From positions 1 through 63,412 of the forward strand of contig CALXKC010000002.1 in NCBI GenBank assembly GCA_944388775.1: a DNA stretch of 63,412 nucleotides. Reading direction: 5' to 3'. The position numbers and the translations under genes are program-made. This DNA comes from an uncultured Clostridia bacterium. Lineage in GTDB: Bacteria > Bacillota > Clostridia > TANB77 > CAG-508. Position 1 is the stretch's first letter; each line of letters opens with the position of its first letter. The notes below the pieces were generated by a model. The model was not told where the DNA came from, searched no databases, and saw only the letters and a program-made list of their open reading frames with translations. Positions 8,936 through 17,600 of this stretch are shown one piece after another.

Positions 8936-9751
8936 ATGTATAGGAATAAGAAAGCAGGAACTGTTGGAATTATAATTACTATTATTATTTTAATATTGAT
9001 TGTTATTTTCTCAAATGGAGAAAGTAATACTGCATTTTTTGAAAATGCAGCTAGTAATTTAGTTATGCCTATTCAAAATGGTTTAACTTATTTGAAAAAC
9101 AAAATAAGTGGTAATAATACATTTTTTACAGATATAAATAATTTACAAGCAGAAAATGAAGAGTTAAAACAAAAGAATAGTGAATTAGAGCAATCATTAA
9201 GAGAACTAGAAAATATAAAAACAGAAAATGAAACATTAAAAGAATATTTGAATTTAACTGAAAAATACGGGGAATATAGTACAGTACCGGGATATGTTAT
9301 AAATAAGGATATAAGTAATTATTCAAAAACAATAGTGATTAATTTAGGATCAGATGATGGAGTATCAGAAAATATGACTGTTATAGCAGACCAAGGTTTA
9401 GTTGGATATGTTGTTTCAGTTACAGATACAACAGCAAAAGTGGAAACAATAATTGATACGGCAAGTTCAGTTAGTTGTATTATGAGCTCAAATGATGAAA
9501 GTATAGTATGTAAAGGAACAATGGATGATGATTCTTCATTAAGGGCTATGTATATTCCAACTGATAGTAATATTGCACAGGGTGAAAGTATTGAAACATC
9601 AGGTTTGGGTGGAATTTATCCAAAAGGAATACATGTTGGAACAGTAGAAAGAGTAACAAATACTCAAAATTTGACAGATAGATATGCAATAGTGAAGACA
9701 GCAGTTGATTTTGATAAGTTGAATACGGTCTTAGTTATAACAAACCAATAA
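8936..9751 (+). CDS. mreC: rod shape-determining protein MreC
   Basis: N-terminal TM helix, coiled coil (LQAENEELKQKNSELEQ) and C-terminal SGLGGIYPKGIHVG. Confidence 0.9.
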   Translation: MYRNKKAGTVGIIITIIILILIVIFSNGESNTAFFENAASNLVMPIQNGLTYLKNKISGNNTFFTDINNLQAENEELKQKNSELEQSLRELENIKTENETLKEYLNLTEKYGEYSTVPGYVINKDISNYSKTIVINLGSDDGVSENMTVIADQGLVGYVVSVTDTTAKVETIIDTASSVSCIMSSNDESIVCKGTMDDDSSLRAMYIPTDSNIAQGESIETSGLGGIYPKGIHVGTVERVTNTQNLTDRYAIVKTAVDFDKLNTVLVITNQ

Positions 9752-9760
9752 ATGAATAGA

Positions 9761-9884
9761 GCTGATGATATATTTATATATTTTTCCGTAATCCCCATTC
9801 AAGAAAATGTAATTCACATACGTTCAAACATTTTCTAGAAAGGTCCCCCCAATATACTTCAAAATATATAAATATATCATCAGC
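9761..9884 (+). repeat. ~120-nt structured hairpin element (MITE-like), copy 1
   Basis: 24-nt terminal inverted repeats gctgatgatatatttatatatttt / aaaatatataaatatatcatcagc. The core ...taatccccattcaagaaaatgtaattcac..cgttcaaacattttctagaaaggtccccccaatatacttc is near-identical to 37495-37616. Confidence 0.85.
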
Positions 9885-9937
9885 AAATAAAAGAATATAG
9901 TTTTTGTAAGTTAAATAGCAAACTAAACGAAGTAAAA

Positions 9938-10489
9938 GTGAAAGAGGTGAACCAAGTGAAAAAATTAGTTATTAATATATTTTTGATTTTAACAATTTTT
10001 ATTATCTATTTTTTGCAATCTAATTTTTTCACTTGGTTTAATATTGCAGGAATAATGCCAAATCTTTTTGTTGTTATAGTTTTGTTTATAGGGCTATTTG
10101 CAAGCAAAACTATGGGAACAATTTATGGAATAGTTATTGGACTTATATTAGATTTACTATTTGGTAGAAGTGTTGGTATTCAGGCAGTTTCTTTGGGGCT
10201 AATTGGATTTTTAGCAGGAATATTTGATAAAAACTTTTCTAAAGATAGCAGAATGACAATTATGCTTATGGTTTTAAGTTCAACAGTAATTGTTGAAGTA
10301 TTAAATTATTTGTTTAAATACATGTTTGAAGGAATTAGTGTAGAAGTATTCAATTTTGTTAAAATTTTAATTTTAGAAGTTATATTTAATCTATTATTAA
10401 CGATCATATTGTATCCATTAATTCGAAAATTTGGATATGATATAGAAAATGAATATAAAGGAAATAAAATATTAACAAGGTATTTTTAA
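9938..10489 (+). CDS. mreD: rod shape-determining protein MreD
   Basis: Polytopic membrane ORF in the mreD position after mreC. The start is uncertain (GTG at 9938 or GTG at 9956). Confidence 0.8.
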   Translation: MKEVNQVKKLVINIFLILTIFIIYFLQSNFFTWFNIAGIMPNLFVVIVLFIGLFASKTMGTIYGIVIGLILDLLFGRSVGIQAVSLGLIGFLAGIFDKNFSKDSRMTIMLMVLSSTVIVEVLNYLFKYMFEGISVEVFNFVKILILEVIFNLLLTIILYPLIRKFGYDIENEYKGNKILTRYF

Positions 10490-10504
10490 AAGGCAGGTGA
10501 TAAT

Positions 10505-12640
10505 TTGGTAAGTATTAAAAGAGGAAATACTAGAAAAGTAGCAAAAAAGGCAAATACAAATTTAAGATTTAATATAATAACAGTATTAATATATATTGTA
10601 GGAATTATTTTAATTGCTAGATTATTCGACTTGCAAATTGTTCACGGTGCAGAATATAGAGAACAATCAAATACGAGGCTAACAAGAGAAAGTACAATTG
10701 AGGCAGCAAGAGGTTCAATATTAGATAGAAGTGGACAAGAATTAGTTACATCAAATGCACAATTTTCTTTGGAAATGTACAAGACAAAAGTAGATGACCA
10801 AACATTAAATCAAGATATATTAAATATGGTACAAGTATTAGAAAAATATGGTTGTTCATATTCTGATGATTTCCCAGTAAATACTGACACATTTGAATAT
10901 ACAATATCAGGAGATGAATTAGCTGAGTGGAAAGAAGATTATGATATAGATGAGGATATGACAGCTGAACAGGCTTTTTATGAATTTAAAGATAAATATG
11001 AAATTCAAAATACAGATATTCAAGAAATTAGAAAAATAATTGCAATAAGATATTTGATATCACAAAAAGGATATAGTAGTACGAGAGCTGTTACAATTTC
11101 AGAAAATATACCAAGAGAAGCGGTTGCAGAATTTAGTGAGAGCTCATCTAAATTTGCAGGTATAAATATTGTTGTTAAACCAGTTAGAAAATATACTTCT
11201 GGAACTTTAGCATCACATATTTTAGGATATGCAGCACAAATAAGTTCAGAAGAATATGAATCTAGAAAAGAATATTATTCTCAAAATGATATAATTGGAA
11301 AAACAGGAATAGAATATGTTTTTGAAGAATATTTAAAAGGAAAAAATGGAACAAAACAAATTGATATGGCAGTTGATGGTTCTACAACTGCTGAATATAT
11401 AGCAGAAGAAGCTATTAAAGGTTCAGATATAGTTCTAACAATAGATGCAAATTTACAACGAGTTACAGAGGAAGCCTTAAAAGCAAATATTGAGAAAATA
11501 CGAAATGGTGGATTTGGTCAAAGATTTGATACAAATGCAGGTGCTTGTGTTGTAATGAATGTAAATACTGGAGAAGTACTTGCAATGGCAAGTTATCCAG
11601 ATTATAACCCAGCAGATTTCGTTGGAGGAATTAGTACAGAAAACTGGAATAATTATACAAATAATGAAGCAAAACCATTGGTAAATAAAGCCGTACAAAA
11701 TTCATATTCACCAGGTTCTACTTTCAAAATGATTACAGCAATAGCAGGACTAGAGTCTGGAACAATAACTACTACAACAAAAATAAATGATGTTGGAGTG
11801 TATAGAAAATATAGAGATTATCAACCAAAATGTTGGTATTATAGTGATTATGGTAGAGGACATGGATGGCTAGATGTTGCAGGTGCAATTGAAAAATCAT
11901 GTAACTATTTCTTCTATCAAACAGCAGATAATATGGGAATTGACACTTTAGTAAAATATGCTAAATATTTTGGCTTAGGAACAAAAACTGGTATAGAATT
12001 GCAAAGTGAAACAGCAGGACAATTGGCAAGTAGAGAAACAAAACAAAAATTACATCCAAATGATCCAACTTGGTATCCAGCAGACTCATTACAAGCAGCA
12101 ATCGGACAAAACGACAATGAATTTAGCCCATTGCAAATGGCAAAATATATAAGTATGCTTGCAAATGGTGGTAAGCAAATAGATGTAAGTATTGTAAAAA
12201 CTATTAGAAATTCAGACGGATCAGAAGAATCAAAAGAAGAAATTAATAGTTTTGTAAATCAAAAATTAGGAATTGAAGAAACACAAACTGAAGATATAAC
12301 AATCAATCAAAATAACTTAAATGCAGTATTATCAGGAATGCAATCTGTTACAGGTGATTCTGGAGGAACAGCATATGTTAGATTTAAAGACTTTAATATA
12401 AGCGTTGGAGGAAAAACAGGTTCAGCTGAAGCACCAAATGATAAAGTTCATGCATGGTTTGTTGGATTTGCACCATTTGAAAATCCAGAAATAGCAATAG
12501 TTGTTATGGTTGAAAATGGAGGACATGGAAATTATACGGCAGAAGTTGTTAGAGATATAATGGAAGAGTATTTTGGAATGAATACACAAGATATTCAAGA
12601 GGATATGACTGCTGAGCCATACACGCAAAGTTTAAATTAG
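10505..12640 (+). CDS. mrdA: penicillin-binding protein 2 (class B transpeptidase)
   Basis: TTG start with a GGCAGGTG RBS. It has an N-terminal TM helix and the motifs SPGSTFK (SxxK), KSCN (SxN) and GGKTGSAE (KTG). Confidence 0.9.
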   Translation: MVSIKRGNTRKVAKKANTNLRFNIITVLIYIVGIILIARLFDLQIVHGAEYREQSNTRLTRESTIEAARGSILDRSGQELVTSNAQFSLEMYKTKVDDQTLNQDILNMVQVLEKYGCSYSDDFPVNTDTFEYTISGDELAEWKEDYDIDEDMTAEQAFYEFKDKYEIQNTDIQEIRKIIAIRYLISQKGYSSTRAVTISENIPREAVAEFSESSSKFAGINIVVKPVRKYTSGTLASHILGYAAQISSEEYESRKEYYSQNDIIGKTGIEYVFEEYLKGKNGTKQIDMAVDGSTTAEYIAEEAIKGSDIVLTIDANLQRVTEEALKANIEKIRNGGFGQRFDTNAGACVVMNVNTGEVLAMASYPDYNPADFVGGISTENWNNYTNNEAKPLVNKAVQNSYSPGSTFKMITAIAGLESGTITTTTKINDVGVYRKYRDYQPKCWYYSDYGRGHGWLDVAGAIEKSCNYFFYQTADNMGIDTLVKYAKYFGLGTKTGIELQSETAGQLASRETKQKLHPNDPTWYPADSLQAAIGQNDNEFSPLQMAKYISMLANGGKQIDVSIVKTIRNSDGSEESKEEINSFVNQKLGIEETQTEDITINQNNLNAVLSGMQSVTGDSGGTAYVRFKDFNISVGGKTGSAEAPNDKVHAWFVGFAPFENPEIAIVVMVENGGHGNYTAEVVRDIMEEYFGMNTQDIQEDMTAEPYTQSLN

Positions 12641-12660
12641 TTGCAATTTATAGTTTATAA

Positions 12661-12841
12661 AATGTTGGTATGTTAATTTTTCATAAATTTTTCGGTTCAA
12701 TACGAAAATATAATGATTTCTAAAATAATTTTATGGCACCCTTTCACGGCGAGCGCGAACATTTTCCATAAAATTATTTAAGAAATTCTAAATTTTCTCC
12801 AATCACATTCAAAATTTATTCAATATTAACATGCCAACATT
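12661..12841. repeat. 181-nt long palindrome with GC-rich centre
   Basis: ~76-nt arms (aatgttggtatgttaat... / ...attaacatgccaacatt) surround the centre caccctttcacggcgagcgcgaacatttt. Confidence 0.8.
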
Positions 12842-12900
12842 AAGTGAAATAACTTGACTATGAATTGCAACAAATAATAAAAGAAAAGAGGAAGTTTGAA

Positions 12901-13512
12901 ATGAAGAATTGTGTTAGTATTAATTTAAAGAAAAATGAAATTGTGATTAAATTAAGTGATAATGCAACTCAAAGAGAAATAGTAGAATGTTTAAGAAGAA
13001 AATTGCCAGAATTAAAAAAACTATATAAAGATGAAAAAACACCAATAACTGTTACAGGAAAGGTACTAAAAAATAGAGAAATAGATGAAATACAAGAATT
13101 AATAAAGAGTAAAATTGATGTAGAAATAGATTTTGATATGCCGAAGAGTTTAGGGTTATCAAGTATAAAGAAAACCTTTGAGAAAGAAATAGCAATTTCT
13201 GAAACTAAATTCCATAGAGGGTCATTACGTTCTGGTCAAAAATTAGAATCAGATGGAAGTTTAGTAATATTGGGGGATGTTAATTCGGGAGCAGAAGTAA
13301 TGGCATCTGATAATATTGTTGTATTAGGTGCATTAAGAGGATTAGCTCATGCAGGAGCAAAAGGAAATAAGCAAGCTATAATTGCAGCTGGATTATTAGA
13401 TACAGTTCAAATTAGAATAGCAAATATAGTAAGAGAAATAGACAGAGATGAAGAACCTATGCATAAGCAGGCTTATGTGAGTGTAATTGATGGCAAGATT
13501 GAAATTGAATAA
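12901..13512 (+). CDS. minC: septum site-determining protein MinC
   Basis: ATG at 12901 follows the AGAGGAAG RBS. The C-terminal beta-helix motif is GDVNSGAEVMASDNIVVLGALRGLAHAGAKGN. Confidence 0.85.
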   Translation: MKNCVSINLKKNEIVIKLSDNATQREIVECLRRKLPELKKLYKDEKTPITVTGKVLKNREIDEIQELIKSKIDVEIDFDMPKSLGLSSIKKTFEKEIAISETKFHRGSLRSGQKLESDGSLVILGDVNSGAEVMASDNIVVLGALRGLAHAGAKGNKQAIIAAGLLDTVQIRIANIVREIDRDEEPMHKQAYVSVIDGKIEIE

Positions 13513-13559
13513 AAAAGCCATAATTTAATTGAAAATAAAAACAAAAACCAGTAAAAGTG

Positions 13560-13943
13560 TTAACTCAAAAGCAACATTATTAAAACTAGATATAACATAT
13601 AATCTTTGACGCCTTCTTGATATAGAAAAAATAATAAACCAAGAATAATAATATCATCTAGATAAAGTGAAATACCTAAAATTTCAATAATTGGTTCACC
13701 ACTATCCATGTCGAATGGGTTTTGAAAATGGATAGGTCCAAAACCAGAATATCTAGATGATTTATTTTTTTTATCTTCGGCACGATTTGGTTCAATGACA
13801 CTATTTATATCATTGTTTGAATCAGGGGCATTATAGCTTGTATTAAAATTATTTGATTCCTTACTAATGTTTTTATTATAGTTATTTCTTGCATAATATC
13901 TATTCATATTATAAGGATATTGATAAAAAGGAAAAATAGGCAT
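13560..13943 (-). CDS. hypothetical protein, N/Y-rich N-terminus with a C-terminal hydrophobic segment
   Basis: 127-aa ORF. Its start overlaps the stop of the upstream ORF, suggesting translational coupling. Confidence 0.5.
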   Translation of the reverse strand: MPIFPFYQYPYNMNRYYARNNYNKNISKESNNFNTSYNAPDSNNDINSVIEPNRAEDKKNKSSRYSGFGPIHFQNPFDMDSGEPIIEILGISLYLDDIIILGLLFFLYQEGVKDYMLYLVLIMLLLS

Positions 13944-14434
13944 TATTTAGGACTCTCCTTATTATTTGAGTTGTCAGAATTATTTGCATTATCTGAAACA
14001 TTTTCTGAACTTCTATTATTTTGATTATTATCATTATTAAATAATCCTGTAATTTGAGCTATATTAAGTAAATTAGCATATTGATCAACCTTTTCTCTTC
14101 TACTTTCTCTAAGATAAGGTTTAAGAGAATGAAGTAAGTTACTACTAGGGTTATTTGAATTGTTCATTTTGTCCATTACTGATTTCATTTTCATAATAGT
14201 ATTCATATCTATGTTATTAAAATCAAAAGAATTAGTTGAGTTTTCAGTATTATTTGAGGAATTATTAGTATTGTTTTGACTATTGTTATTATTGTTATTC
14301 ATCATAGAAGAGAAATTTTGTATTATTTCAGGTGGAATTTGTGAAATTACATCATTTAATTCACCTTTATTCATCATATCTTTTAATTTATTAATTGTAT
14401 TTTCATCAAAATTCATATTATTCAAAAAAATCAC
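13943..14434 (-). CDS. hypothetical Asn-rich low-complexity protein
   Basis: 163-aa ORF with long N/S runs. The conserved-looking C-terminus is LHSLKPYLRESRREKVDQYANLL. The start may be the downstream Met (MNFDEN). Confidence 0.5.
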   Translation of the reverse strand: MIFLNNMNFDENTINKLKDMMNKGELNDVISQIPPEIIQNFSSMMNNNNNNSQNNTNNSSNNTENSTNSFDFNNIDMNTIMKMKSVMDKMNNSNNPSSNLLHSLKPYLRESRREKVDQYANLLNIAQITGLFNNDNNQNNRSSENVSDNANNSDNSNNKESPK

Positions 14435-14538
14435 CTCTTATATAAATATATTCTTTTTCAAATAATCTATGTTTATTATATGAAATAATAAAGAAAATGT
14501 TAATGAACATAAAAACTTGAAAAATAATAGCAAAACTG

Positions 14539-14567
14539 TTGAAAAAACTGGAAAAATGCGATATAAT
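14539..14567 (+). promoter_or_regulatory. sigma-A type promoter for the surface-protein operon A-B
   Basis: TTGAAA (14539-14544), 17-nt spacer, TATAAT (14562-14567), about 45 nt upstream of the ATG. Confidence 0.6.
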
Positions 14568-14611
14568 ATGTAATAGGTGGGAAAATGTAAAAAATAAAGG
14601 AGGCTATCATT

Positions 14612-17600
14612 ATGAAAAATAAAATATTAAAAATAGCAACAATTATTGTGCTAATAATGACTTTAACACTAACAAATTTCCTATTTGTAGGGTCAAGTCT
14701 TATTAGTTATGCTGCAAATGCATTAGAAACTAACCATAAAAATGTCGAGTTTAATGCATATTTTACAAATGCAAATAATCAAGAAATATCTTCAGTAGAT
14801 ATGTCAAGCGAAGAAGATATTTATTTAAATATGCAAATAGAAGTAAAAAATGAAGGATATTTTAATGGTAAAATTACAATAGGAGATAGTAATTTTACTT
14901 TAAAAAGTACAGACAGTAACTATGTAAATAATATAGAAGGAAATGTAATTACTTTAAATCAGATAAATGCTAATACAAAAGCAGAAATTAAAGTAAATGT
15001 AGAATTAAATAAAGATGAAATATTTAACTTAGAAAATTTGTCTAAAACTAATATAATCAAATTAGAAGGAAAATATTATGATAGCACTGAAAAAGATATA
15101 AATATTGAGGCTGAAAGAGATCTTAAGTTAGATTTAATTGAAAATTATACTTCTGATAATATTTCAGATAGTATAGAATTAATTACTAACAAAATAACTT
15201 CAGTTGATGGCAAAGAAAAAAGAGTTATTCAATTACTTTGGAATGTTGGATTAAAAGAAAATAACTATCCAATGAAAGAATTAGAAACAAATATAACAGT
15301 GCCAACAATTGATGGTAAAAGGGCAGAAGTTACAAAAGTTGTAGATTTTAATGAAATGACATATTATGACTATACATATGATGGTTCAAATGTGACTTTT
15401 AAATTCACAAACAAACCATCTAATAATAATGAAATTCGTTGGAAATTAGATGGAACTGAAAAAATAGTATTAACATATATTTATGATAGTGATGTAGAAA
15501 TAAATAGTCAAGAAATAGTAGCAGAACAAAAAATAAAATTGTATGATGATAAAGAATTATCATATACACAAAATCTTATTTTAGATAATGAGGAAAAAGA
15601 TAATATTGTAACTATAACTTCAGTACCAGAGCAACAAAGTATTTATAAAGGAAAATTATATGCAGGATTAGAAAAAGAATATGTTATAGATACAAGTATT
15701 AACATTAATTTTGCTAAAGCAATTATTGGTGGTATAACACTTCAAGAAAGTACAAATCAAAATATAATAAAAGATGTATATACAAAAACTGTAATATCAA
15801 AAGATGAATTTGACAAATTATTTGGCCAAACAGGAAAAATAACAATTTATGATGAAAATAGCCAAGTTATTGGTACAATTACTAATTCAACTCCGATAGA
15901 TGAAAATAGAAATATAGTAATTACATATAGTACAGAGCCAACAGCAATAAGATTAGAAACATCAATACCAATTGCAGAAGGAACATTAGAAATTAAAAAT
16001 TATAAAAAATTGATTTCAAACAGTTCAAGTAATATAGTTGAATTAGGACAAATTGGATACGTAACTGAAGTTGGTTATAATAACAACAAAATAGGACAAG
16101 TGGAAAATAGTATTGATTTACAAGAAACAACTACTCAAAGTAAATTTGAAATTGATAAAAGTACTTTATCAACAATAGCAGATAATTCTGTGGAAATGAG
16201 AGCTACATTGTTAACAAATAATGAACAATATGATTTATATCAAAATCCTGTATTTAGATTTGAATTACCAGAACAAGTAGAAAATATTCAAATTACAGGT
16301 GTAGAACTTTTATATGAAAATGAATTAAGAGTAGCAAATTATACTGTTGATGGTAGAAATATTATAGTCACATTAGAAGGTAAACAAACAGATTATAAAG
16401 ATACAGCAGTAGAAGGAGCAGTATTAGTAATTAATGCAAATGTAACTATGAATAAAAAAGCTCCAACTACTGACACAGCTATAACAATGTATTATGAAAA
16501 TGAAAATGCTCATTCATATGTAGATGGTACAAGTATAGGAAGTGAAACACAAGATATTAAAATAGTAGCACCAAAAGACTTAACAATAATTAATAGTATA
16601 CCAGAAATTTCATTAGAGACTACTGGGCAAGATGAAAATGCAAGTGTAAATTTAATTACGCAAGATGTACCAAAACAATTAGAAATACATTCAGAGATAA
16701 TAAACACAACTGAAAGTAGAATGAATAATGTAAGAATACTTGGAACATTATTAACAGATAGTAGCAAAAATAATTTAGGAATTCAGATTGTAGATGGTTT
16801 GCAAATATCTAATAGAGCAGATATAACGATTTATTATACAGAAAATGAAAATGCTACAAATGATTTAAATAGTGTAGATAATGGATGGAGTAAAGAATTT
16901 ACTCAAAATGCTAAAAAATATTTGGTAATTATAGACCAATTAGAAACTGGAGAAAGTATTGAAATCTCATATAATGTACAAATTCCAGAAACATTAGAAT
17001 ATAACAAAAAAGCAGAAGAATATTATAGTGTAAGTTATGTAAGTGGAGAAACATCAGTGGAAAATACATTGAGTTCATCAATAATTACATTAGAAACAGG
17101 AATTGGACCAAAATTAGAAGCAAAATTATCTGCAACAATTGGTGGAAAAGAAATTACTCAAAATGTAAAAAATGGAGAAGTAATACAATATAATATAGAG
17201 GTTTCAAATACAGGTTCTGAAAATATAGATAATATTGAAGTAATAGGCCAAGTTCCAGATGGTACAACAATGGTAGTACCAGAAGAAGATTACGAATATA
17301 CAGGAGCTTCATATTATGAAGAATTACAAGATAGAGAATATAAAACAACAATCGAAAATATTGAACCAGGAGATGTAAAAACAGTAACATATGAAGTAAG
17401 AGTAAATTCAGATACACCTGAAGGAACTAAATTAGAGAATAAGTTACAAGTTGCATTTAATGGGGTAACTTCAGAAACAGAAGCTCATGTATTAACAACT
17501 GAAAAAGGAAATTTAAGAGTAACAGTAAAAAGAGTTACAGATAGAAGTGTAGATTTATATACAGCAGGTGTAGTTCAATACTTTGCAATTATAGAAAACA

